From: Eledone cirrhosa
Lineage: Eukaryota
Assembly: GCA_964016885.1 (NCBI GenBank)
Contig: OZ024743.1
Location: 45,756,001 to 45,820,000 of the forward strand
DNA length: 64,000 nucleotides
Direction of reading: 5' to 3'
Part shown: piece by piece, positions 38,899 through 53,054 of the stretch
Position numbering within the stretch: position 1 is the first letter of the stretch
How the letters are laid out: each line of letters starts with the position of its first letter
Made by a program: the position numbers and the translations under genes
Notes under the pieces: generated by a model
What the model was told of the DNA's origin: nothing
Database searches by the model: none
The model's input: the letters and a program-made list of their open reading frames with translations, nothing else

Positions 38899-40787
38899 TA
38901 TATATATATGTATATGTATATATGTATATATATGTATGTGAGTAAGTGTGTGCGTATGTATATATATGTGTATAGATATATATAGATATATAGATATATA
39001 TATATAAATGTATGTGTGTGTATTAATGTGTGGGCGTATGCGAGAGTGGATGTGTATAAATTAAATTTCTAGTTGACAGCTTGTAAGTTTAAAAACATAA
39101 ACGCTAGAGAAAAGATAGAATTATCAAATCTGGTGAAAAAATATACAATGTAATAAAATGTGACAAAATTACACAACGGTGTATTATATATATGTCTGTC
39201 TGTCCATTCTGTTAGACACTTTTGCATATAGCTCCACTTAGAATATGCAATTTTTCCTTGTTTATTAAATATCATTCAAACAATGGAATAGGTTTTATGC
39301 CGTATGGAAGAAAAAAGAGAGTACTAACGTCTCAAACTGAACACTTTATTGAAGTGAGATAACATATTTGGTGTTGAAAGCAATATGTAGAAAATATGTT
39401 AGTATATATATGAAGATATGTACGGATAAAATTTGCATGTGTAGATCAGTCTACAAACAAAAATAAGATTGCTTACCAAAGTATTTTATCCAACTTGGTC
39501 TTTACATGAGGTACGGTAATAGTTCAATAAGAGAGATCAAAGTACAGTATCCAGGTGGAAGATCACGGAGTAATAATATATTTAAATGTATAGGGAAAAC
39601 AAACGACTAGGCATGAAGTATAGATTAGAAGAAGAATTTAATCAAAGTTCATTCTTTAACACATATTTCAATACAATATCAGTCTACGAGTGCTGGTTGC
39701 ATATTAATATTATTATTATGCCCATTCACTAGCAATATGTTAAATACTGCATTTCATCAGAAACATTTCAAAGTTTGAGGTGAGGTTGCTGCATTTTGCA
39801 GTAAAAATATTCTTACTGATATCCGCTCGGATTAAAAGGTAACTTTTATATAGCTGTTCATCTGTGTATATATGTATATTTATATATGGGTTGCACATAT
39901 GCCTGTGTGTGTATTGAGTTTTAACTTTATGGAAATAACACCAGACATTTACAGATAGGGTGACCCCATATAATCTGCAGAATCGTATTTATTATATTTA
40001 TTTTGAATGATTGGAACACGCGTTTTGCCAGGCCAAGGGCTAATTTTTATGCAACCATATACATATAGAAAAAGAGAGGTTGGTAGAGAGCGAGATAGAC
40101 AAAAATAATAATAACAATAATTTCTTTAATTATATATAATTATACATAATTATTATATAATTACATAAAGACAGTAGATTGACAGTATCGGTAGAGCGTC
40201 GGACACCATGCTTTATGACATAGAGTTACGTCTCTTTACGTTCTGAGTTCCAATCCCGCCAAAGTTAGCTTAGCATTTCATCCTTACGGAGTCGATAAAT
40301 AAAGTACCAAGCATGCACTGGAGTCGATTTAATCGACTTTTCCATCCCCAAAAATGGTTGACCTTGAGCCTAAATATGATACCGGCAGTATCGGTAGAGG
40401 GTCGGACGCCATGCTTTGACGTATAGAGTTACGGCCCTTGCCATTCTGAGTTCAAATCTCGCCGAGGTTAACTTTGCCTGTTATCCTTACGGGGTCGATA
40501 AAATAAGGTACCAGTAATGCACTGGTTAATTGTTGGCCTTGTACCAAAAGTAGAAACAATTATATATAATTGCAAAGAAGCAACTAGATCCTTTTATTCC
40601 TTAAAATTGTTTCCACAAAAGAATAATAAATCGCTCTCAAATCCATTGTACGTAAATATGTATAAATTTTATACAGTATGATTTGTGACTCAAATAATGA
40701 TTTTTAAATCATCAGAGAAAATTATAGAACGACATTTATTATAGCAGACATATCGTTACAACTATGCGTGGGCATAAAGTATATTTA

Positions 40788-40845
<58 letters not shown>

Positions 40846-40997
40846 TACACGGGTGTGTATGATTGTGTGTAGAAGATTATATTAATAAAAGGAATTCCAA
40901 CTTTCTCTGATTTACTCGTTTTATTTACAATCCTTTAAAATTTATAATGGTATTAGAATTAAATAGTATGGTAGAATATTAAATGTTAAGTGTTAAT

Positions 40998-41036
40998 TGA
41001 ACAAGTACTTTCATGCTTTCGCAATCTTCAGGTTCA
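40998..41036 (-). ncRNA. Minimal hammerhead ribozyme (Neptune left arm)
   Basis: Reverse complement of 44757-44795. Confidence 0.8.
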
Positions 41037-41391
41037 TAATGTGTGGTGACAGTCAAGTTTGTAATTTTCAACTGTAAGGAGATGGGTACATTTTGTGCAT
41101 TATATACAGTGAAAAATGGCTCCAGAATGCTAAATCTTGCAAACTGTATTTCGACCAATCGGTGTGTAGTTTCACTGGATTACTAAAGCTGATTGGTTTA
41201 GGCGTCACGGTTGGTTGAGCATGTCTAACGACTACTAATTGACCCTATCCAAAGCATCAATTGTTTTGCTATTTTTAGAAATGATGAAAATAGCATTTTC
41301 TAGTAATCATCACCATCAACATCACTTTTATTATTATTATTATTGTTGTTGTTGTTGTTAGTGGTCGTAGTCATAGTAGGAGACTCCATTA

Positions 41392-43590
41392 TTATTGTTC
41401 ATTTAGCTTGGGTTTGAATTTAACAATAAAATTCTTTTCTTTGATTTTTCTCTTGATTTCGCTTGGGCTGTGTAATTTGTAGAATGGGAATATTATAAAT
41501 ATTCCCTGACCACATGTTGTTAGATGGTTACTTAGGGGTATCTGACGGACATTTGGGTCTCTGATTTACTGTCGGTGTACCCGTGCACGTTCCGATAGTG
41601 CATTTCCAGTTTGACCGAAATAGAGTTCTTCAGAATTCGGGTATTTAATGCAGTAAATTAGATTTCTGGTTTTGCAGTTCATATTTGCATTTGGGAATAT
41701 TTTTCCAGTTTTTGTTTTCATATATTGACCGGCGTGTATGGATTGACATGTGCCACATCGACTATCATTGCATTTAGATACAGTGAATGATTGTTTTTTG
41801 TTGTTAAGGTCAAACTTTGCTTTTGTTAGTAATTGCTTCATATTTTTCGGCTGTCTTTTACTAAGAGTCAAAGATCGATCTGTGATTAAACCTTTTAATT
41901 CATTACTTTGAGCAATGATCGGTAGGTTTGCTTTGGCAGTGTTGAAGATATTCTGGTGACATGGGTTGTGTGTCATTATAAATGGTATGACCAGTTCTTG
42001 GTTTCTTCTTCCTTTGGTTGTCCTAAGTTGTTGTATAGGTATTTTTATAGCCCGCTGTATGCCATTTTCTATAAGTAGAGATGGGTATTTTTGTTTGAGC
42101 AAAAATTCTCTTAGTTCTGTTAGGCGTTTGTAACTGGTATTCGTATCTTCTACAATGGTACAAATTCTTCTGGCTAGGCAATATGGGATGTTGCGTTTTG
42201 TATGAGGTGGATCGCACAACTTAAAATTCAGATATTGATGGGTGTCTGTGTGTTTATAATATATATCCGTGGTAATGGTGGTGTCGTTTTTGATTATCAT
42301 TATATCTAGGAATGGTAATTTGGTACTACTCATCTCTTTTGTGAATTGGAGAGATGGGTGTAGGTTATTCAGGAGGATATTGAACTCATCCAGAGTATCT
42401 AGAGATTCTGTCCAGATGATGAAACAGTCGTCAAGGTATCTCTTCCAAGATATTTCAATGTACTTTCTAAAGTCAGTACTATATCTTTCCTCTATTTCTT
42501 GGTAGAGTTGTTGTTCTAAGTATCCCATTACAGAGTTCGCGTAAACGGGAGCAAACTTTGTTCCCATCGCTGTGCCTCTAATTTGGATGTAATTCTTTCC
42601 ATTGAAGAAGAAAGTGTTGTTTTCCAGAATAAGTTTAACTGCGTCTAATATAAATGACGTTGTGAATCTGATGGGAATCACTTCTCTATGTTTTTCCACC
42701 CAGTATTTAACCGCCTTTATTCCTAAATCATGTGTAATGTTGGTGTAAAGGCTTACCACATCAAAACTAAGTAGAAGTGAATTCGTTTCCGTGGTTTTGG
42801 GAAGATGGGACAGGAAGTCGATATCATCCCGGATGAAACTGGGTATGTGAATACATAGTGGTTTCAAAATAATGTCAACAAAATTGCTTAGACGGTGGGT
42901 GCGGTATATTGGACCAGCTATAATAGGTCTAAGTTTTAAGTCTTTTGGGTGTAGTAATTTAATGTACTCACTGTTTTGTTCTCTTACTGCCAGTTGTATT
43001 TCTTTTGACTTATGAACTTTTGGTAGGCCATACAGGTTGCTGGGGTTTGGCTCAAAATTGGTGATGTAGTCTCTTTCCTTATCAGTAAGTGAGTTGTAGT
43101 ATTTTGAAGCATGGTTGTTGATTTTCTTCATGATGTTGTGGTCTATATTTGACGGTATTTCATGATAGAATGTTGTGTCTTTCAGTTGTTCCTCAACCAA
43201 ATCTTTGTAGTATTCAGCATCCATTATAACAACTGCACCCCCTTTATCTGCTTGTTTAATTATTATTTTTTTATCATTTTGTATACGTTTAAGTGCAGAC
43301 ATTTCTGATTTGTTAATGTTTGGCCTGACATTAGTATTACGTCTAAGAGGAAATTTAGACAGGATGTCAATGTATTGGTCGAGATAGATATTTCTTCCTT
43401 TTGGCGGAGTGAAATTTGATTTATTCTTTACTAGTGATTCATCACTCTCATTACTTTTATCAGCGAAGGATTCTACAAGACGTAATTTTCGACAGAATTC
43501 TTGGGTATCCTCCTTCGGTTCATGGTGGTTGATTGTTGGAGTCGTTGTGAATATCAGTCCTTTTGACAGAATTTGCATTTCATCATTGTC
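41392..43590 (-). pseudogene. PLE RT plus GIY-YIG endonuclease with a premature stop at 41566
   Basis: LSKGL.F, ADKGGAVV, YGLPKVHK, RPII, SFDVVSLYTNI, GTAMG, WKRYLDD, LPFLD, C-x4-CxxC linker, LIYC..YFGQTG; frame continues past the stop to KFKPKLNEQ. Confidence 0.9.
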
Positions 43591-44756
43591 GAAAGCAAAC
43601 CTAGGTCATTTCCCCAGATTGTTAAAAATAATGCTAACAAGAAATGGAAAAATAATATACATAATACCAAAAATAGGACAAAATACATAACGAAACCAAA
43701 TATAATATCACGACCAAAGGTTCATCAAGCAAACACCAACAGGCATATGAATACTGAACAGAGAAAAATCCATTTTTTAACGTCAGGACAACAAAAACCG
43801 GAAAAAGAAAAACTCCAGGAGGAAACATACCCAAAACAACTGTACACGTAGATCCTAAAATAATTAATTTATCCAAAAGAGATCTTGACAATGATGAAAT
43901 GCAAATTCTGTCAAAAGGACTAAAATTCACACCGACTCCAACAGTCAATCACCAAGAACTGAAGGAGGATACCCAAGAATTCTGTCGAAAATTACCTCTT
44001 CGCTGATAAAAGTAATGAAAGTGATGAAATTTAGACGGGATGTCAATGTATTGGTCGAGATAGATATTTCTTCCTTTTGGCGGAGTGAAATTTGATTTAT
44101 TCTTTACTAGTGATTCTGCAAAACCAGAAATCTAATTTACTGCATTAAATGCCCGAATTGTGAAGAACTATATGTCGGTCAAACTGGAAATGCACTATCG
44201 GAACGTGCACGGGTACACCGACAGTAAATCAGAGACCCAAATGTCCGTCAGATACCCCTAAGTAACCATCTAACAACATGTGGTCAGGGAATATTTATAA
44301 TATTCCCATTCTACAAATTACACAGCCCAAGTGAAATCAAGAGAAAAATCAAAGAAAAGAATTTTATTGATAAATTCAAACCCAAGCTAAATGAACAATA
44401 ATAATGGAGTCTCCTACTATGACTACGACCACTAACAACAACAACAACAATAATAATAATAATAAAAGTGATGTTGATGGTGATGATTACTAGAAAATGC
44501 TATTTTCATCATTTCTAAAAATAGCAAAACAATTGATGCTTTGGATAGGGTCAATTAGTAGTCGTTAGACATGCTCAACCAACCGTGACGCCTAAACCAA
44601 TCAGCTTTAGTAATCCAGTGAAACTACACACCGATTGGTCGAAATACAGTTTGCAAGATTTAGCATTCTGGAGCCACTTTTCACTGTATATAATGCACAA
44701 AATGTACCCATCTCCTTACAGTTGAAAATTGCAAACTTGACTGTCACCACACATCA

Positions 44757-44795
44757 TGAACCTGAAGATTGCGAAAGCATGAAAGTACTTGTTCA
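44757..44795 (+). ncRNA. Minimal hammerhead ribozyme (Neptune right arm)
   Basis: tgaac-CTGAAGA-ttgcgaaagcat-GAAA-gtac-TT-gttca. Confidence 0.8.
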
Positions 44796-44916
44796 ATTAA
44801 CACTTAACATTTAATATTCTACCATACTATTTAATTCTAATACCATTATAAATGTTAAAGGATTGTAAATAAAACGAGTAAATCAGACAAAGTTGGAATT
44901 CCTGTTATTAATATAT

Positions 44917-45097
44917 ATATTTAGTCGATTTACACGTGCTGTTGAAATGTTGGGTAAAGATTCCATGGCGGTCGGCTGCGAAGAGATTGCTGTCGTTTAT
45001 TTATCTACTATTTCTTCATAGGTGCCTTTTAATCTTATAGCCTGGTCTAATTGATTTTTTATGTGGTTAATTATGCTAATTGGGAGAGTAAATGGTG

Positions 45098-45128
<31 letters not shown>

Positions 45129-45202
45129 ATGTATATATATATATATGTATATATATATACATATATATATATATACACATATATATATATATATACACAC
45201 AC

Positions 45203-45272
<70 letters not shown>

Positions 45273-45487
45273 ATGTCCATAGAATCATTTGATAATATAT
45301 ATATACACCATTTACTCTCCCAATTAGCATAATTAACCACATAAAAAATCAATTAGACCAGGCTATAAGATTAAAAGGCACCTATGAAGAAATAGTAGAT
45401 AAATAAACGACAGCAATCTCTTCGCGGCCGACTGCCATAGAATATTTACCCAACATTTCAACAGCACGTGGAAATCGACTAAATATA
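44917..45487. repeat. ~180-bp inverted repeat pair facing each other across a (TA)n field
   Basis: 44917-45099 is the reverse complement of 45303-45487 with few mismatches. Confidence 0.85.
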
Positions 45488-47888
45488 CCGTCAACCATAC
45501 ACAATTAGGTATAAAATTAAAGTTAGAAGAAATGCATACACACTTACCATATATATATATAAACGTTATATTGCAACAACAAGAAAAACAGATCATTTAA
45601 TATCAATATAAAGGAAAAGCTCATAAACTTAAATTTCAAAGTAAAAGAAGAGAAAAAAGAAATTATTAAGATATAATATTAAAAATTATGTTCGCGAGAA
45701 TAACAAAGACGTATATTTAAAATCACTACTAATAGATTATTATCAAGTATAAACATATCTAATACATAGAAAGTTTAACTTTGTTACGGATATATCAGAG
45801 GTAATCAGAGATAAATCATTGCTAACAAATTATTATTTTGTATAAATATAACAAATATAAAGCAAATAATATCTTGTTAATCAAAAGTATAAATTCTAAG
45901 GTTAATATTTTTTGTAATTATTACTCAGGTAAAACGAATATATACGTTTGATGTAAGAGTATTCCATTTAATATTTGTTGACTAAGGATAAACCAAATTA
46001 TAGGTGTGGAAGGTATTTAATTAAAAAGGATTTAAATATTGTGATAATTCCCTAAAACAAGTAAAGTATTTTATCATAAACCATTCTTAAAAATCTAAGA
46101 AGTGTTTTGCGTGAACAGCAAATTAATTGTTTTTTTCTTTATGATTTAAAAGACATTCATTAGACATTACAAGAGTTTCGATCGAACAAATATCACATTC
46201 ACATTCACTTTATTTATATGGACTATCAGAATTAATAATCGACCAGCTTCAACTGTATCCTATCTTAGAATTGTGCGGAGACCAAATAAATTGTACGAGG
46301 GTTGTAGTGTGTTTCTGCTTTCATTTATAAAAGAATGTAGATGCTATTAACACTTTTACTTAAACGAATATGCTACTATATAAAGTTATAGAATTACATT
46401 CATATAACATTTGCAGCCATCTACACACTACATTCTCATTTAGACATTGCCTTTGGAATAGGCAATTATCAGGGATTCTACAATTACACTTAACAGTAAC
46501 TAATCTGGTGTTTCTGGTTATTCTAGGCTGTCATGCTGGGTAGATATATTAGGGGTGTTTAGTGGTTTGTTATTTACGTTATTAGAATCTACTTTTATTT
46601 GTTTAGCTGCTATATTACCTTATATTAATAATTCTTTTAATATAGCCGTACTATCATTTTCATTAGATGCACTCAAATATAATTTCCTTTTTTCATTGTT
46701 GCTAAAAGCTATTTAAGTTTGTATAAGTCTGTTCCAAGCCCAGAGGCTGATGAGGCGGGAGCTTATCCCGGTTTCATTTGTGTTAAACGACTGAGAGTAC
46801 AAGGGTGCCAGTCTATCACAAGATGTTGCTGATAATCCTGAATTGCCTGGAGTAACAAGAAATGAAGTGTTTTGCTCAAGAACATATCGCACCACTCGGC
46901 TCAGGAATCGAACCCGCGGCATTACGATCGTAAGTTCAACATCCTAGCAACCAAGCCGCACTTTATTGTCAGATAAATATTCCATAGCACATAATTTAAC
47001 TGCAATTGCTTGTATTTATATAATAGATATTAACAGATTCATAAGTTCTTCGTTCCTTGTGTATGAGTAGCATATTCATTAGTAGAAAACGACAAAAAGA
47101 AAACAACACAATAATTTGACGATACTTGCATAATGTGAACTTTAAAGTCTTCTAGAACGTGAAGTATTGAATAGTCGGGAAACTTGGAATCTAATCCAAT
47201 AGGATTGGTGTCACTGGCCATGTCCGATAAATACATGATAAATATATATTTAAGTTTTTATATTTATAATAGCTGAAGTTATTTTTTCCATGATGAATTT
47301 GAAGAATAACATATATCCTAGTAAGTAATGCTGTACTATATTCCTAGAATGACAGGTTTTAAAACTAATAGCTTATATCAATTTTCTTGCTTATTTGAAA
47401 TGGCTTTGAAACACTCAAACCTGATTTGTGTTTATTTGAAACGAAACTTGCGAATATGTGAGACAGATTCCTCTAAGTATAATAAGGAGCAAGGCATTAG
47501 TAAGCGAACTAACTGTCGACAATATTATTTAAAGGTATGAATAAGAAAAAAGATGAAATATCAATATTTAAGAGGTGTGTCGGTTACGATCAACGGAAGA
47601 GCTTGTACGTGGTTAACAACGTGCATGTGGTTAAGCATTCCACAGACGCGTGTATCATTAAAGTAGTTCCCAGGGAGATTCAGCGCGATGCAGTGTGTGT
47701 CATGACTGGTCTTTTGAAATACAGATACAACATATTTTTGCCTACTAAGTGGACTGAAATAACGTGAAATAATATCTTACCTAAGAACATGCACGCTATC
47801 GGAAATCGAACTCACGATTGTTAGCCGAACACGCTAAACTGAAAGCCGCGCATCATCACATCTAAGAGGTAGAAAGTATAATTTAAAG

Positions 47889-48082
47889 CAGACCTGCCCA
47901 CCACTAAACGCCTAAACGGGGAGTGCCATGAAAACAGTGCCCCCAAACGAGGAAAAATGAGGCAAAATGGGAAGATTTTACATAATGAAAGCTATACCCA
48001 TTTTCACAAGATAAGACATCTCTCACCCACCCCAAAATGGGTGGGAGATCTCCCCGTCGGTCGGGGAGAGTTGACAAGACTG
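47889..48082. mobile_element. MITE with CAG..CTG termini and a 7-bp direct repeat
   Basis: tttaaag|cagacctgcc ... gttgacaagactg|tttaaag. Confidence 0.65.
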
Positions 48083-49452
48083 TTTAAAGGTAATGAATAT
48101 AATATAGACTTACGCATTTTATAAAGAGTGTGATTTTAGTAATATTTGATCAGGCTACCGAACAGACTTTCACCTATATAAATTCAGTATTATCTTGCGA
48201 TCAAGGGTCAGATGTTTTAGAAAACTGATTCTTTGTATGCTAAGAAAGAATTAACTGGTAGGTCTCAGTGGACAGAATTACGAATGCGTTGCCTCGGACG
48301 ATAGTGAGGGGGATATGAACATTTAACAACTTGTATCTTATATATTGATGAGCTGCAAAATGAATAGACATGCTATCTGTAAATAACAACTAAATTTTCA
48401 TTTCAATGAAAGAAAAAGAAACTACTAGTCACATGATAGTGAATGAATGCATTATTTTCAATTAATATCCACATTAACAAAACTTAATGTAATGAGAAAT
48501 TGGATGCCGTATTTCATATTATAATGGTTTGATCAACAACCAATTATTCCAATGGGGTTGATAGACCGGAAGATGAATTGTCGTATTGCAGAAAGGAAAG
48601 AAAAGGAAAACAAACGATGGAATGCTGGGAAGAAATAGTGTAGAATTCATTAAAATTCAACAACAACAGCAACAACCTTCTTTTATTTTTCAAATCTAAA
48701 CAATAAAACAATATTTACAATCTATTAATTATTCCAACCTTTAAATTCATCAAAACCATTGATAGAATCCAGCGCCATATGTGTTGTTGGCCACATTAGA
48801 ATACATATTTTATTTCAGCGCATCTCTCTTACAGACAAAAGCTAATAGTTTGCAATGTGTGTAATTGACAGGAAGTAGCAACATATATGATGGAGCTTAT
48901 AAATACAATCGAACAATTACATTGCAGTTGAATGACCAACATTTATTTCATACAACATCTAGAACTTGTTAAGGACTTTTTCTTATTTCTTGTTTTGTTT
49001 TGCAGTGGAATTAATGAAACCAAAATTTAAATACATTTCATTTTTATTTAAAGAAATTTTAAGATAATTAACTAAGTTCATAGTAATTACCATAAATATG
49101 AAAAAGGAGCTGATGGTCAGATCAGACCAGTGAAATTATGTTTCCATTGGTCTTTCTATTGCTGATAGTATATGCCAGTCATAATTTTTCGCAAAAATGT
49201 CACCGCATTCTTTGTGTCAAAAAGTGGGATTTGAATGTACGGTGCTGGAACAGATACCGCAAAATGATACCCTTTCGATGTTAATTTTTTACGATACTGT
49301 CAATCCACTGCCACTGGGGTAGTAGTTTTTTTATTGACCCCCAAAAGGATGAAGAGCAAAATTGACCTCAGCAAGATTTGAACTCAGGTCGTAATTCGCA
49401 ATCATAATATGAGAATATAAGTAAATCATGTTTCATACACACACACCTATAT

Positions 49453-49484
<32 letters not shown>

Positions 49485-49512
49485 ATATATATATATATAT
49501 AATATATATAAT

Positions 49513-49567
<55 letters not shown>

Positions 49568-49583
49568 TATATATATATAATAT

Positions 49584-49621
<38 letters not shown>

Positions 49622-49671
49622 AACGGAAAAAATGAAACGATATTTCATACTTATATATATATATATATATG

Positions 49672-50149
49672 TATATAATGAATGATTAATAAAACAGGTA
49701 GACATCATAAAAAGGTGATTTATTCCAAGTGTTTACAAATGTTTCTTTAGTAGCTACCCAGCCTAGTTATGCTATATTCAAATTGGTAGTTATTAATTTA
49801 CAGATACTCAATTTTCAAATGCTGTTCGCACCACCTTCAGAACGAATGGCTGAATTATGGTTTCTTTGTATTTCTTAAAGGGAGTAATTGGGGATAATAG
49901 AGTAGAAAAGTAAGAGAGAAAGAAAGGGAGAGGGAGAGAGAGAGAGATGTAGGGGTAGGAGAAATGGGAGAGAGTGGTTTGAAGAATACAGATAGCTTAA
50001 TCTAAATGTTGTGATAGGGGTCCAACAAGTGGTTTTATTATACTGCTTACTCTCAAAGTGACAACTTAGGCATTGTGTTGATATTATCAAGTTTGGACTT
50101 ATTTATTGCCACAGAGAGCAGGTTAATAGATGTAGAGAAGGGGGGATAT

Positions 50150-50197
<48 letters not shown>

Positions 50198-51176
50198 TGA
50201 GAGAGAGAAAGGGGGAGGGGACAAAAAAGGTTAAGAGAATGGGAAGGAAAAGCGATATACACCGAGTTGATAGTTGTAGTTTGCTGATCGTACTTAAGTA
50301 TCCATTTATTACGATAAGCAAAGTACTGGTTAGTAGTGTGGAGGGGGGATTTAGTTAGGAAGTAAGTATTGAGTGAAATTACTTAGCGAGAAAGTGGTGT
50401 AATAGTCTCGGGTTCAAATTATGCTAAGTTACTTTTATAGTGAGAAAATTTAGCCTTCAGTTTGTGATTGCAGTATAACGATCGTTCGATTCTGTCATTT
50501 AGTAAATGGTACAGTTGTTACCCATAGCAAAAACTGTAATTGCCACCTACCCGAGAGATGCCCATTGTAGAATAAATGCCTGGAGTCCAGCATTGTTTAT
50601 CAACGCACGGTCGAATCAAACGACCAGAAATGGTATTAAGTCGGGTCTACCACTACCTCCTTTAAATCACGCTGGTATCGTCATCGATTTTCGATTAAAC
50701 AGCCTGATCACCGTTATGTAACTACACTCGCTAATAAGACCTGGCAACTCCGTGAATACAACCAGAAGTTCACCCTAAAATGGGATAAATTATCCAGCGC
50801 TAGTGCATATCGGAGTGGATTAAAATACTGCAGATTATGCAACCTTGAACTTTTTTATATCTTGAAATCTAAAAACAATTTACTAAATGACAGAATCGAA
50901 CGATCGTTATACTGCAACCACAAACTGAGGCTAAATGTTCTCACTATAAAAGTAACTTAGCATAATTTGAACCCGAGACTATTACACCACTTTCTCGTTA
51001 ACTAATTTAACTCATTACTTACTTCCTAACTATATGCCCCCACCCCACCCCCACCCACACTACTAATCAGTACCTTGCTTATCGTAATAAATGGATACTT
51101 AAGTATAATCAGCAAACTACAACTATCAACTCGGTGTATATCGCCTTTCCTTCCACTTCTCTTAACTTTTTTCTGT

Positions 51177-51242
<66 letters not shown>

Positions 51243-51874
51243 TTGCTCTCTCTCTCGCTCTCTGTATATCTCCCTCTTTCTCTCTCTCTCTCGCTCTCTG
51301 TATATCTCCCTCCTTCTCCACATCTATTAACCTGCTCTCTGTGGCAATAAATATTCCAAACTTGATACTATCAATACAATGCCTAAGTTGTCTCTTTGAG
51401 AGTAAGCAGTATAATAAAACCACTTGTTGGACCCCTGTCATAGCATTTAGATTAATCTATCTGTATTCTTCAAACCACTCTCTCCCAATTATCCTACCCC
51501 TACATATCTATCTATCTCTCTCTCTATCTCTTCTTTCTTTCTTTCTCTCTTACTTTTCTACTCTATTATCCCCAATTACTCCCTTTAAGAAATATAAAGA
51601 AACCATAATTCAGCCATTCGTTCTGAAGAATTGGTGGTGCGAACAGCATTTGAAAATTGAGTATCTGCAAATTAATAACTACCAATTTGCATATAGCATA
51701 ACTAGGCTGTGTAACTACTAAAGAAACATTTGTAAACACTTGGAATAAATTACCTTTTTGTGATGTCTACCTGTTTTATTAATCATTCTTTATATGCACT
51801 CCGGAATATAGAAGAATCGGAAACCAAGTTTCTTTAACTGTTCTTTTGTAACTCGTTGAGTAACCCCTCACCTC
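49672..51874 (+). mobile_element. Older Naiad-type PLE, 5' truncated, with inverted 3' arm
   Basis: 49672-50507 is the diverged reverse complement of 50878-51795; right arm has ~80-nt extension ending cccctcacctc; degenerate hammerhead CTGAAGA(51623)..GAAA-catttg-TA(51723). Confidence 0.88.
50525..50960 (+). pseudogene. Decayed Naiad GIY-YIG endonuclease (absent from the ORF track)
   Basis: Manual translation: NCNCHLPERCPL*NKCLESSIVYQ..VGSTTTSFKSRWYRH..TTLANKTWQL..LKWDKLSSASAYRSGLKYCRLCNLE..LLNDR..CNHK. Confidence 0.85.
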
Positions 51875-53054
51875 ATATATATATATGTTTTAATAAATGT
51901 GCAGATGTTATTGGAAGGATGTCTCAACAAGTTGAACTGAATATTTTAACTCTAAATGAAGTCCGCCATTTTCAATTGTTTTTATATACTTTAATGTTAG
52001 ACACAAATTCTTTTTTCTGTCGATTTTCTATTTGATGATAGTTGAAGAGAGCGACGTGAGATTTTCATGAGGTCAATGAGTAACTAGTCCCAAAATACGG
52101 AGAAAACGACTGACTATTGGTCACCAGCTGAAGGGGCGTCGCTTAATGGTTAGGATCATCGGCTCGCGATCGTAAGGTCGTGAATTTGATTTCCTCTAGC
52201 GTGTTATGTACTTCAACAAGATACTTTATTTCACGTTGCTCTAGTCACCATCCAGCTGGCAAACATGAGTGGTACCTGTAATTCAAAGGGTCATAGCATG
52301 TCACACCCTGTGTCATGCTGAATCACTCTGAGAATTAAATTAAAGATAAGTGTGTCTAGGGAACACTCCGGTCGCTTAAACGTTAATTTCCCGAGTAGGG
52401 AGTTCCGTTGATCAAACAATTGGAACATACGTTGTCGAAACCAACGGGGGTCTAACATAGTAAGATGGATGGAATAACAACTACACACTGAACACTTTTA
52501 AGAATAATTATCGCATAAACTGTTCACATAAACTATATATGTAAGTTCAAATCCCGTCGAGGTTAACTTTGCCTTTCATCCTTACGGGGTCGATAAAATA
52601 AAGTACCAGTAATGTACTAGGTATTTGCTGGCCTTGTGCCAAAAGTAGAAACAATTAACTATATATGTTAGTTATGATTTTATATTCTGCTTAGTTTCTT
52701 CTTTGTTATATGTATTACAAAATATAATTATTGTTGTTTCTGTAATACTATTGTATGATTATGCTCTGGAATACGATATTTTCCTATTTAATTTCCATTG
52801 AGATATGACGAAGAGTAGTGTGAGATAATTTATTTAATATCAATAATTTACTTGTTCATTTCTGTTTCAATTCCTCCTAGTAGTTATCAGTCATTTGGTG
52901 AAACTTGTAGTGTATGAACCGGCCACTTATTGAATTATTATATTTCGAACTGTGCTTTGTTGTTGTTTCTTAACCAAAGAAAGATACACTGGTAAATATA
53001 GTTAAATATATATAGCTATAGAGAGAGTCAGACAGACAGGCAGATAGATAGATA

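Larger units (their letters stand above)
40846..44913 (-). mobile_element. Neptune-type Penelope-like element with inverted 3' arm and internal rearrangements
   Basis: 40880-41676 is the reverse complement of 44116-44913; left arm has ~35-nt extension; (TA)n flanks. Confidence 0.9.
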
